Source: a virus (taxonomy: Duplodnaviria > Caudoviricetes). Taken from it: a stretch of 43,919 nt of DNA. The stretch lies in the IMG/VR virus record IMGVR_UViG_3300050330_000111, positions 1 through 43,919 of that record, one strand, 5' to 3'. A program made the translations under genes and the position numbers. A model generated the notes under the pieces. It saw nothing but the letters and a program-made list of their open reading frames with translations, did no database searches and was not told the DNA's origin. Every line of letters begins with the position of its first letter. The stretch's first letter is position 1. Shown here in pieces: positions 8,645 to 17,727 of this stretch.

Positions 8645-10492
8645 TTAGGCGACCAGGGTGTTCGCCTGAGTGATGAGCGTGTCGAGCATTTCCTCAAGCG
8701 CGGGCCGGTAGCGGCGGCTGTCGATGGTCAGCTTGCGAAGCACCGGAGGCTCTTCCGCCTGGAAGAAGATGCGCAGGTGGCCGAGGCGAAGCTGCTCGGG
8801 CGAGTTCTTGTTTTTTTCGAAGCCGACACGGAAGCCGAGGATGTGCTCGTCCGCCTTGAGGTCCGAGAGGAAGAAGCTGATATCGTTTTCGAGCGCCTGC
8901 ACTGCATGCGGCGTGATGTTCGACACGCCAAGACGCTTGCGCAGCGACTTAAGCAGCGCGAGATGAATGAAGTCCCGCATCCGCGTCACATTGTAGAACT
9001 GCCAGAGCGGGTCGGTGCCGGCGTTGTCAGTTCCGACATAGACAAATCCTGCTTCAGCGATTGCGGTTTCGACGCCGAGTTCGCCGCGAATGACGACGCC
9101 GATGTTATTCGCCAAGAGGATTTGGGCATCGGTCGCGCCATCGGTTAGGCTGAAGGCGTCGTAGCGGCGCAGCCCGATGATGCCGGTCATCTGCTGGTTG
9201 GCCCACGAGTGCGACGGGATGCCGCCGTGCTGGAAGTCGACCCGCACGCCGATGCCGATCACGCGCGCGGCGGCATCCTCTTCGGCGGTTTGCGTTCCCT
9301 CCTGCACCTTGGCGTAGTTGTCGACCGGGATCAGGCGATCGGACGCGATCGTCTCGCGCCAGTCGATTGCGTCCTGCTTGCTGGTGCCGGGGCCACCGAC
9401 GACGGCATGCGCCAGCAGAGCGGAGCAGATCGCCGGCAGTTCGGCGCAGATCGGATTGGCCTCGGCGACGCCGCCCGTGATGACCGCTGTGAGGTTCCAG
9501 CCGTCACCCACCGCGAAATCCGTTCCGCCGTCCGAAATCGTGAAGCGCACGTGGTCGCCGGTGTAGGCCACGCCGACGGTAGCGTTCGGCAGCGCGACGC
9601 CGTCCGGGTCGGTGACGCTGAACACGCCGCCGTCCGCCGGCACCGCGACCGCGACGGTCACGACGAATTCGTCGCTCACCTCGAAGTCGTTCGAGCCGTC
9701 CGAAAGTGTGAAGTTGATGCCGTTCGGGCTGTTGTAGGCGGAGCCGACCACGGCGATGCCATCGAAGGTGCCGTCCGGCCGCAACACAGCGAAGGCGCCG
9801 CCATCCTCCGAAGCCGCCTGGCAAACCACGCGCCAGGCACCTGCGGCCGCCGCGGCATCAGCCGAGAGCGAGCCGAGCGTGCCGTTGCCGGCGTTTCCGC
9901 CCGCCTTCGCCGCAGAGTTGGCCGAGCGAGCACCACCGATACAGCGGACCTGATACACGCCATTCTTCAGCTCCGCGCCGTAGGCCGGCGCGGCCAGCGC
10001 GATCGTGCCCGTGCCCGTGTTGCCGCCGCTTTTCACCATGCTGCTGACAGCCTTGCTGCCGGCGGTGCGGGTAAAGCGGCCGGTGAAACCCGGCGCACCG
10101 ATGATGCGCGGGATCACGCCCAGCGCCTGGCCAGCGCGCAGCAGCGCGTAGAGACCGGACCCGGAGTTCTGCGAGCCGATGATGTTGGCAATCGTCTCGT
10201 CAATATCCTCGCCCTCGGCGACGCGGACCGCGACGACGCGCGCCGCCACCTGGAATTCGGCGAGCTGGTCGTTGATCGCCGCCACGGCCTTGTAGAGTGG
10301 CCCGGTGCCGAGCGCCGCGAGATAGGTCTGATCGTTCGAGTTGAACTCAACCGGTGTGTTCAGCGGGAATTTGGACGCGTCGGCGTCGTCTGACGGCAGC
10401 ACATAACCGACAACGGAAAGGTCCGACGGCACTACCGGCCGCGGCTCGTTGCTGTCCCGGTTAATGACAATGCCAAAAGTCGGTTCGGTCAT
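8645..10492 (-). CDS. Tail sheath protein (P2 FI-like) with ~200-aa internal insertion
   Basis: FPLNTPV, LGVIPRIIGAPGF, WQFYNVTRMRDFI, NSPEQLRLG, EEPPVLRKL. Confidence 0.92.
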   Translation of the reverse strand: MTEPTFGIVINRDSNEPRPVVPSDLSVVGYVLPSDDADASKFPLNTPVEFNSNDQTYLAALGTGPLYKAVAAINDQLAEFQVAARVVAVRVAEGEDIDETIANIIGSQNSGSGLYALLRAGQALGVIPRIIGAPGFTGRFTRTAGSKAVSSMVKSGGNTGTGTIALAAPAYGAELKNGVYQVRCIGGARSANSAAKAGGNAGNGTLGSLSADAAAAAGAWRVVCQAASEDGGAFAVLRPDGTFDGIAVVGSAYNSPNGINFTLSDGSNDFEVSDEFVVTVAVAVPADGGVFSVTDPDGVALPNATVGVAYTGDHVRFTISDGGTDFAVGDGWNLTAVITGGVAEANPICAELPAICSALLAHAVVGGPGTSKQDAIDWRETIASDRLIPVDNYAKVQEGTQTAEEDAAARVIGIGVRVDFQHGGIPSHSWANQQMTGIIGLRRYDAFSLTDGATDAQILLANNIGVVIRGELGVETAIAEAGFVYVGTDNAGTDPLWQFYNVTRMRDFIHLALLKSLRKRLGVSNITPHAVQALENDISFFLSDLKADEHILGFRVGFEKNKNSPEQLRLGHLRIFFQAEEPPVLRKLTIDSRRYRPALEEMLDTLITQANTLVA

Positions 10493-10505
10493 GCGATTGC
10501 TCCAA

Positions 10506-10531
10506 CAAAAAGGCCGCCCCGAAGGGCGGCC
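10506..10531 (-). terminator. Intrinsic terminator upstream of sheath gene
   Basis: Minus strand GGCCGCCC-TTCG-GGGCGGCC then TTTTTG (UUCG tetraloop). Confidence 0.8.
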
Positions 10532-10558
10532 GTGGGAAGGATGGAATGCTGTGTTGTA

Positions 10559-11161
10559 CTAGAAGAACGCCGCATCGATCTCGGCGAAGGTGGTGATGGT
10601 GCCCGCCGTGATTTGTGTTTGTACCGTCTCCTCGAGCGCGAACATCGCGGCGACGTGCGCACGCGCGGCTAGACAGATCGTCGCCATGTCGGCGTTGCTG
10701 ACGGTGGCGAAGCGGTTGTCGGCGAATTTCCACGGTGACGGATCGGCGCGCAGCCCGGCCCCGATCGCCACGAACTCGGCGAGCAGCTTGGACTGGCTCT
10801 CGCGATCGGACTGGATCACGTAGTCGCCCCACGCCACGCCGCCGATCTCGCGCTCGTAACGTAGATTTGCGGCATACTCGCCAAGTTCGGATTTGGTCGG
10901 CGCCGGCAGCGGAGGGATGTCCTCAAGCACCGGGGCGTGCACCACCGTGCCAGCCTGGCGCGCAAAGCCTTGAGCTACAAGTCGCTTCCCATCAGGCACT
11001 TCCAGCGGCGCAACACGATAGATGTTGATCTGTGCCAGCTCAGCGTCGGACCAAAGCTCGACGACCTGCCACGGATATTGTGTGCCGTCCGGGCCGATAA
11101 TGGATGGGCCGGCAGCCATCTCCACAAACTCGTCGGGAGCGATTTCACGAACGATAATCAT
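10559..11161 (-). CDS. DUF4376-like tail fibre-associated protein
   Basis: AANLRYEREIGG...SDRESQSKL...WKFADNRF...AHVAAMFALE pattern; last gene of fibre module. Confidence 0.75.
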   Translation of the reverse strand: MIIVREIAPDEFVEMAAGPSIIGPDGTQYPWQVVELWSDAELAQINIYRVAPLEVPDGKRLVAQGFARQAGTVVHAPVLEDIPPLPAPTKSELGEYAANLRYEREIGGVAWGDYVIQSDRESQSKLLAEFVAIGAGLRADPSPWKFADNRFATVSNADMATICLAARAHVAAMFALEETVQTQITAGTITTFAEIDAAFF

Positions 11162-11173
11162 TCTGATTGAGCC

Positions 11174-11677
11174 TTATGTCCAAGAAAGGCCGGCGGAACC
11201 GTTGCCGCCGTAACCGCCGTTGCCGCCAGGAGTCCCGCCAGAACCAACGATAATGGTGAGTGATGTGCCGGGCGCAGGTGCACCAGCGCCGCCATAGGTG
11301 TAAGTCTTGATGCACCGGCCGCCAGGGCCGCCGGGCAGCCCAAGTGAACCAGCCGCACCCCCACTTCCGCCGCCACCCGTAGCATTGGTGTCACCGCCTG
11401 ATGCTCCACCGCTTGCTCCCGCGTATGTAATACCGCCAGAAGTGTAAGCACCGCCGCCGCCATTAGCGATCAAGCCGAGGCTGGCGATTTGTGAGGCACC
11501 TCCCCCGGCTGCGGTGTAGTACTTTTGAGCGCCACCACCCCCGCCGGCACCGAGGTCAATAGTGAGCGTGTTGTACTCCGGGACAACAAACGAGTGCGTG
11601 CCTGGACTGTAATTGGCGCTTCCCGGCGTAACGATGCGTGCCCTGCCGAGCATCCGCCGCTGAAAGGCGAGCAACAT
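11174..11677 (-). CDS. Glycine-rich tail fibre tip/adhesin candidate, 167 aa
   Basis: ATG 11677 (TGATG overlap); SFVVP...GAGGGGG...IANGGGG...LTIIVGSGG...GGNGSA pattern of polyglycine-rich domains. Confidence 0.7.
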   Translation of the reverse strand: MLLAFQRRMLGRARIVTPGSANYSPGTHSFVVPEYNTLTIDLGAGGGGGAQKYYTAAGGGASQIASLGLIANGGGGAYTSGGITYAGASGGASGGDTNATGGGGSGGAAGSLGLPGGPGGRCIKTYTYGGAGAPAPGTSLTIIVGSGGTPGGNGGYGGNGSAGLSWT

Positions 11678-12654
11678 CACATCACCTTCCAGCCAGCACC
11701 GATGATGATGGACGGGTCCCACGTCCCCTCGCACGACGCGACGACGGCGATGGCGTTGGCGGCGGTCGCGACGCTCGGAACGGTCGCGGACGGCCATTTG
11801 AACTTGGCGGCCCATCCAACAGTCCGTCCGCCGGTGGCATCCTGCATAAGGACGATCTCAAGCGGCTGGCTGTCTTTGAGGTTCGTGACGTCGATGGTCA
11901 CATTGCCTGTCAGGGTGGCATAGAAGCGACATCCATTACTCGCATCAATCGTCACCGCGCCGGTGATGTTGCCGAGCGACTGCCACTTACTGGCATCGAC
12001 GGCCCTGTCGGTCGTGAGGACGTCAGAGCCGGTGTGCGACTTGATGTCGGCAACAGTTGCTAGCGCCTTGGTCGCGGCTGCGCCGAGGCCGAGGTTGCTT
12101 ACCGCCTGCGCTTTCTCGCCACCGGATAGCGTCTGCACAGAGTCGAAGCGCAGGCGGTTTCCGAGCGCCGTGAGAATGCCGGCTATCGCCGTGTCGTCAT
12201 CCTGGAGCTTCGCGGCGATCTCGACCAGCGTGTCATAGGCCGGATCAACACCGGCCTTGAGCGCGGCGATATCTGCCGCGGAGGCGTCATAGGCCGCTTT
12301 CAGCGCAGGCGTCAAAAACAGCCGCGAGGCGGTCTCATCGACCAGATCGGCGGACAGCCCGCCAGCGCTATACACATCGAGCAACGCTTGAATAGCCGCC
12401 ACAAGGGCGATTGCTTCTGCTTTCTGATCCTCGATTTCGCCAATGATCTCATCGGCGTTTGTCGCTTGGGGCGCCAGCAGTTCCTCGATGACCGTCAAAC
12501 CGCGGCGCACGATCGCATCGGTCGTGGCGCGCTGGATGTCGAGTTGCTCCTCGAGCGGCGCGAGGCGAGCCTGGATGGCGTCGATCAGACCATCCCACAG
12601 TTCCTTGCTCCACGCTTTCGTGTAGCCGGACTTGAAGCTCGCCAAATTGCTCAT
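11677..12654 (-). CDS. Tail fibre-like protein, 325 aa
   Basis: Coiled-coil N-terminus; DPAYDTLVEIAAKL, LRFDSVQTLSGGEKAQAVSNLG and TLTGNVTI...QDATGGRTVGW fibre-type segments. Confidence 0.75.
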   Translation of the reverse strand: MSNLASFKSGYTKAWSKELWDGLIDAIQARLAPLEEQLDIQRATTDAIVRRGLTVIEELLAPQATNADEIIGEIEDQKAEAIALVAAIQALLDVYSAGGLSADLVDETASRLFLTPALKAAYDASAADIAALKAGVDPAYDTLVEIAAKLQDDDTAIAGILTALGNRLRFDSVQTLSGGEKAQAVSNLGLGAAATKALATVADIKSHTGSDVLTTDRAVDASKWQSLGNITGAVTIDASNGCRFYATLTGNVTIDVTNLKDSQPLEIVLMQDATGGRTVGWAAKFKWPSATVPSVATAANAIAVVASCEGTWDPSIIIGAGWKVM

Positions 12655-12837
12655 TTAGGTGGCCTCGTATCCGCTGATCGCCGCCGGGTCCTCAGTTTGC
12701 AACAGCTTGAGGACTTCGCCCTTCAAACGCACGTTAGGGCCCGGATGGACCGTGATGCGACCGATCCGCAACGATTTGGTCAAGCTGACCTTGTAGATGC
12801 GATCCTTCTCGATCGCCGGCGTCGACGCCTTCGCCAT
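12655..12837 (-). CDS. Small hypothetical tail-module protein, 60 aa
   Basis: GGAGG RBS; abuts neighbours; protein-like sequence. Confidence 0.7.
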   Translation of the reverse strand: MAKASTPAIEKDRIYKVSLTKSLRIGRITVHPGPNVRLKGEVLKLLQTEDPAAISGYEAT

Positions 12838-12879
12838 GGATGCCTCCTACGATGGTGATGAATTGGCCTGATCGCTGGA

Positions 12880-15177
12880 TCAGGCCGGGAACGACACGTC
12901 GGTTGCCGATGACACCAAGAAGATTGAGAGTGCCGACGTCGTGGTGAAGGTCGTCTTGCGCTTCCAGGTCGTGGTCGGCGTCAGACCAGTCCAAACAAAA
13001 GTGCGCCGGATCGAACCGTCGGGCAGCGTTTCGTCCGACACTGCCGAGGGCGAGACCTCGGTGCCGTAGCCGACGCCAACCAGAAGCTTGCAGGTCAGAT
13101 CGTGGTTCGCCTCGACGTAGTGTTCGAGGACGAGAATGGCGTGCACCTCGTCCACGTTGGCCGGCGCGGTACGCGCCTCCGTGATGTGCACGCCGTTGGT
13201 GCGCGGCCGCGACACGGTCACATAGCTTTCGTTGAGCTTGATCGCCGGCATCAAATCCGTGGTGCCGTTCAGCACCATGCGAACATTGAGCGCCGCCGGC
13301 AGCCCATAGAGCGGCGAGTTCCCGCTCGCCACCTCCTCAAGCCGCACCCATGCCGAACCGATCTGGACCTCATAGGTAATACTAGTGTTCTGGGGCGCCA
13401 CCTGCTTGGTGAGCAAATCGATATCGGTGATGCCGCCCGACAGGTTCCAGTTGTTCAGGTTGACCACCAGTCGCGACGCGATGAAATCGGCAACCAGCAC
13501 CTCGAAGCAAGCATCGAGAGCAATGTTGCCCTGCGACCAAACGCCATCCGTCGAAGTGAAGAACGAACCTTGGGCGTACTTGTTGCCCTCGACCATCGCG
13601 AGCCAGTGATTGCCGGCGGTAATTTCGAACCAGCCATAGCGCCGGCCTCCCTCGCAGTACGTCGGCTCGATGGCGAACGTGGTCAGTGCCGGCCACACCT
13701 TCAGATCGGCGTGCGCCACCGTGGTCGCGGCAAGACACTTCTTGTAGTTAGGCTCGCCATTCTCGAACGTCTCACAGAGCACCAGCCGCACATCGCCGCC
13801 ACCAGCGTCAATGCGCGAAAAGCCGAGCCGGATGCCTGTCACCCAGCCCGAACGCGGCATTAGGAACGTGTTGCCGGCGACCTGACCGGTATACGACGCG
13901 GCAACGACGGTCGCGTCCCAGTAGGAGTCCTGGTAGGTGTCGATGAAGATCTGCCGTAACCGCTTGATCGAGTGGTTCGGGTTGCCCGAAGGATGCTGCT
14001 CCGCGAACTCGACGCTGTAAGACGATCCATCGTTCGCGTAAAAGATGCCTTCGACGCTGTCGTAGCGGCCGGTCGCCCACCACTGATTGTTGGTGCAAAC
14101 CAGGAACGCGTTGCCGTAGCGGATGCGCGTCTTGCTGATGGTCTTCAGCACGTAGTTGATGGTCTGCGAACCACCGTTCGAGAGCGCAACCTCGCTGTCG
14201 CGACCGATCACCGAGAGCAACGGCTTGACTTCATACTTCGGCATCACGATGCCGCCCGACGACACCTGGATTTGCGTATCGCCAGGCGTGAGCAGGGAGA
14301 GCGCCTTGGTGTCGAGATTATCCTCGGCAAAGCGGATGCCTTCCTCAACCTTGGCGACGAAGTTGATGTGGTCCGTGTCGCTGTCCGTGGTGTCGAGAAA
14401 ATAGTCGGTCTTGGAATACGAATAGCCCTCGGCCATGCCGGTCTTTTCGTTGAGGCGCGCCAACTGCTCCATCACGTAGCCGAACATGTTGCGGTCGAGC
14501 TTCTGATTGCCGGCCGCAAGAAGCTTGGCGACATCGCTCTTGAGGCCTTCGATCGCCGGTTCAGCAATCTTCTTCCAATCCTCCACCACAACCAGGCGGC
14601 CGTCCACGATGCGCAGCGTGTTGATGCGATTGCTGGTGGACTGCTCGACCTGCGTCACCTCCGTTGACGACAGCGTCACCCATGCAACGACGGTATTGGC
14701 GATATCGACAACCGGCTTCACCGGCGACGGAGCCTGATCGCCGACCTGGATGTTCACCGCAGCGCGACGCCAATTGATCGTCGCGGTCGCCTGGGGGTCC
14801 ATCACCGGCGGATAGACCGAGCCGTCGACCACGAAGTCGCGTGGCTGCGTCGCGTCATCGATAGTCTGTGCCTGCAGCAGCACGGCGATGATCCGTCGGT
14901 TGCCGGACGTCGGCACATAGGCCAGCAGATCAAGCACTGCAGGTCCGGTTTCATCGCCATAGAGCTTGCCGTCCTTGTAGAGATACCAGGGGCTCCCGAC
15001 CGTAACCTGCGTGGTGCCGGTCTTGGTGACGTCGGCGCCTGCGTAACACGACGTCAAACCGCCGCTGATCGCGCTGGAAATGAGCGCGTCCATGGCCGCG
15101 CGCGGCAGCTTCGCAAGATTGTCGAAATCCTGCAGCGAAACGGTCTGATTGTCCGAGATGCGCGCGATCTTGGTCAT
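12880..15177 (-). CDS. Large baseplate/tail structural protein, 765 aa
   Basis: ATG 15177 coupled (ATGA) to gpI; beta-rich Thr/Val/Gly composition; sits in the P2 gpH position; family not recognised. Confidence 0.7.
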   Translation of the reverse strand: MTKIARISDNQTVSLQDFDNLAKLPRAAMDALISSAISGGLTSCYAGADVTKTGTTQVTVGSPWYLYKDGKLYGDETGPAVLDLLAYVPTSGNRRIIAVLLQAQTIDDATQPRDFVVDGSVYPPVMDPQATATINWRRAAVNIQVGDQAPSPVKPVVDIANTVVAWVTLSSTEVTQVEQSTSNRINTLRIVDGRLVVVEDWKKIAEPAIEGLKSDVAKLLAAGNQKLDRNMFGYVMEQLARLNEKTGMAEGYSYSKTDYFLDTTDSDTDHINFVAKVEEGIRFAEDNLDTKALSLLTPGDTQIQVSSGGIVMPKYEVKPLLSVIGRDSEVALSNGGSQTINYVLKTISKTRIRYGNAFLVCTNNQWWATGRYDSVEGIFYANDGSSYSVEFAEQHPSGNPNHSIKRLRQIFIDTYQDSYWDATVVAASYTGQVAGNTFLMPRSGWVTGIRLGFSRIDAGGGDVRLVLCETFENGEPNYKKCLAATTVAHADLKVWPALTTFAIEPTYCEGGRRYGWFEITAGNHWLAMVEGNKYAQGSFFTSTDGVWSQGNIALDACFEVLVADFIASRLVVNLNNWNLSGGITDIDLLTKQVAPQNTSITYEVQIGSAWVRLEEVASGNSPLYGLPAALNVRMVLNGTTDLMPAIKLNESYVTVSRPRTNGVHITEARTAPANVDEVHAILVLEHYVEANHDLTCKLLVGVGYGTEVSPSAVSDETLPDGSIRRTFVWTGLTPTTTWKRKTTFTTTSALSIFLVSSATDVSFPA

Positions 15178-16442
15178 AGGGTGCTCCGGTTGATTGGCAC
15201 CATGCCGCCCCACGGCACGGCATGATCAAAAGTCAGGTCGGCGACGCTGCGCGGCCGATAGGTGGCGGTACTGAACTTGATAGTGTCGCGCACGGCGCGC
15301 GATCGATAGATCGCCGCGCCTACCCGCTGGATGCGATCGGACGTTTGGCCCACCGTCATATGCCCGACGCCCCACATGCCGACGGTGGCCGGCCGGCCCT
15401 GCCCGCGAAAGCGCGCATTGATGCGCAGCAGCGCGTGGAAGGGGCGCAGCATCGGCATCATCCAGCCAACGACCGGGCCGGTGGCGCGATGCTGATCGCT
15501 TCCGGCGCGCTCCTCATCCATCAGCCGCCAACTGTCGTAGATGTGCCGCGCCGCTTGGGACGCATAGGCAACCAGCAGCCCCGGCGCCGTCACATAGCCG
15601 CGGGCAACCGCTGCCTCGCGGGCGCGGCCTGGGTGGCGCTGCCTTACCCTTTCCGGCGCGATCTCGAGCGGTTCGACGCCCTCGAACCCGGCCGGGATCG
15701 CCGCGCCGCCCATCGACCCCGCAGCGTCGATGACGATCAGCCGGCCCCGGCCCTTCGCCGAGACCGCGCACGCGCCTGGGACACAGCGGCCGACGGTCGC
15801 GTCCAAGCTGCGCATCCGCGTCGAGATCGCGAACGTCGTGGTTCCGACCGCGATGTCGCTGCCGTCGATCCGGATTTGATCGAGCGAGCGAAGCAGCGTC
15901 TCGACGCCACCGTCGACCATGGTGGCGCGCCGGCCGTAGTGCAGGCCGGCGACGTTGGGCAGCGCCGCCATGCGGCCTACGATCGCGAGCGTCGCCCTGC
16001 CCTGCCCGGTCGCCATATAGCCAGGCCGGCGCCCGCGAACGGCAAACGGATAGAGCCGGATTTCGGCGAACCGCGCGCGCCATGCCGCGAGCGCGCTCTG
16101 CGGCTGCGTCATCGCGACCACCGCGCGCGGCGGGATGTAGCTCTCAACCAGCTCCGCGTCGACAAACGACAGGTACTTCGCGAGGCCGGGTCGGGTGCCC
16201 TTGAGGCCCTTCATGCCGTAGATTTCGGCGGTGATGCGGCGCTTCCGCCACTCCGGCCAGTCGTCGTACCACAGATCGACGCCGCGGCCGTAAGCCAGGA
16301 ACGGCAGGTGTTCCGGCGAGCATTTGTACGGGTCGCGCATGCGCCGCAGCGCGTCGACGTCGAGGTCACCTACTCGATGGAGACCGCGCTCGAGCTCGCG
16401 CTCCAGCGGCGTCCGCTGCGGTGGCAACAGCGTCGGCGTCAT
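15174..16442 (-). CDS. P2 gpI-like tail protein with C-terminal extension
   Basis: TLLPP.RTPLERELE...DPYKC.PEHLPFLAY..GVDLW...W...RKR...KGT signature. Confidence 0.85.
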   Translation of the reverse strand: MTPTLLPPQRTPLERELERGLHRVGDLDVDALRRMRDPYKCSPEHLPFLAYGRGVDLWYDDWPEWRKRRITAEIYGMKGLKGTRPGLAKYLSFVDAELVESYIPPRAVVAMTQPQSALAAWRARFAEIRLYPFAVRGRRPGYMATGQGRATLAIVGRMAALPNVAGLHYGRRATMVDGGVETLLRSLDQIRIDGSDIAVGTTTFAISTRMRSLDATVGRCVPGACAVSAKGRGRLIVIDAAGSMGGAAIPAGFEGVEPLEIAPERVRQRHPGRAREAAVARGYVTAPGLLVAYASQAARHIYDSWRLMDEERAGSDQHRATGPVVGWMMPMLRPFHALLRINARFRGQGRPATVGMWGVGHMTVGQTSDRIQRVGAAIYRSRAVRDTIKFSTATYRPRSVADLTFDHAVPWGGMVPINRSTL

Positions 16443-17317
16443 GGCGCGAACGCGACTTCCACGACCGGGACATAGACAGCGCCAAACGGACCCGGATCGA
16501 CGTCGGATGCCGGCGCAAGCACCGTCATGGTCTCGATGGCGTTGCCTTCACGTGCCGCGCCGATGATCCCATCGATACGGAGGGCGCGGCCGAGCGCGTG
16601 GCGCCGCGCTGCATAGGCCGTGATGTTCGCCAGCGCCTTGGCCCGCACCGTCGCCCGGTCTGGACCATACGGCACCTCGACCACCACGCTGACATTCTGC
16701 TCAACGATGGTCGCGGATCTGGTGTAGAGCGCGTCCGTGAGCGGTCGCACCTTCAACGGCGACAAGGCCTCATGGACCTTGCTCACCACCTCTGCAGCAA
16801 CAGCTCCGTTGCCGTCGCGCGAAAGCAGAATGACGTCGACACGGTTGCCGTCGCCCTTGACCGCCATGGCCTCCTTGATCGAGGCGTCAGCAGACAACGC
16901 GAAGAAGCGATAGGCGTCCTCTGGTCCCGCAGCGGCGTAGCCCTCCGTCGCCAGCCAGCGGCGCAGCCGGAACGTGGCGTCGCTTTCACCGTCGAAGCGA
17001 GTAAGCGCGAAGTCTTGCGCGAACTGATCGAGGTCACCAGCCGTTGTGGTCGCCAGCATCAAGGCTTTAGCCGCGTCGTTCACCCGCGCCAGCGCCAGCA
17101 TGTAGATATAGACGGCGCTCTCGAGCACGATCTTGACCGGATCGGTCTCAAGCATCTCCACGTCATACATCGGAAGCGAAGGGTTCGCCGCGCGCAGCGC
17201 GGCCCATCGCGATTTGAACTCCGCGATCACGTCGGCGAGCAGCGCCTCATAGGAGATCGGCTGCAGAACCGGCGGCAGCGGCAAGTCCGCGAGATTGATC
17301 GACGGCAGGCCTCTCAT
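16439..17317 (-). CDS. Baseplate J-like protein
   Basis: LETDPVKIVLE, ARVNDAA, GESDATFRLR, AGPEDAY.FFA, VRPLTD. Confidence 0.92.
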   Translation of the reverse strand: MRGLPSINLADLPLPPVLQPISYEALLADVIAEFKSRWAALRAANPSLPMYDVEMLETDPVKIVLESAVYIYMLALARVNDAAKALMLATTTAGDLDQFAQDFALTRFDGESDATFRLRRWLATEGYAAAGPEDAYRFFALSADASIKEAMAVKGDGNRVDVILLSRDGNGAVAAEVVSKVHEALSPLKVRPLTDALYTRSATIVEQNVSVVVEVPYGPDRATVRAKALANITAYAARRHALGRALRIDGIIGAAREGNAIETMTVLAPASDVDPGPFGAVYVPVVEVAFAP

Positions 17318-17724
17318 CGCGTCACCCCAGCCTGCGTCAACCGGAACGACCGCAGTTCCCGCTCCGGCGTGAAATCACCAAGATGCGCGCGCGGCATGTA
17401 AACACCTTCGACACGAAAGCCGATCGAACCAAGACGCATCTCTTCATCCGATCCGAACGGCTCGATCTTCGTCACCCGATATCGCGGCTCCCACAGATCG
17501 ATTGCCACGCAGACCGCCATCCAGAACTTCAGGATTGCTGATGGGACCATCTTCTTGCCGAGCACGTTCGGGACGAACGAACCAAACCATTCCCGCATGA
17601 CGCGCTCGCCAAACCGCGTCGTGAAAATCACCTCAAGCGACTGCAACACGTGCTCCCAGCCGGTCAGCAGCTTGCCGGTTTGCCGATCAACGCCGGTTCC
17701 TGGCAGCGGAGCGATCTGCGGCAT
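17314..17724 (-). CDS. Baseplate gpW/gp25-like protein
   Basis: GVDRQTGK...HVLQSL..IFTTRFGERVMREWFGS...WEPR. Confidence 0.92.
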   Translation of the reverse strand: MPQIAPLPGTGVDRQTGKLLTGWEHVLQSLEVIFTTRFGERVMREWFGSFVPNVLGKKMVPSAILKFWMAVCVAIDLWEPRYRVTKIEPFGSDEEMRLGSIGFRVEGVYMPRAHLGDFTPERELRSFRLTQAGVTR

Positions 17725-17727
17725 GGC

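Noticed and set aside
12865-12886. Hairpin GGCCTGATC-GCTG-GATCAGGCC at a gene end
   Set aside because: No U-tract on the coding strand; cannot be supported as a terminator
10559-15177. Diversity-generating retroelement or invertible fibre cassette
   Set aside because: No reverse transcriptase or invertase, and no TR/VR pair or flanking inverted sites found by eye
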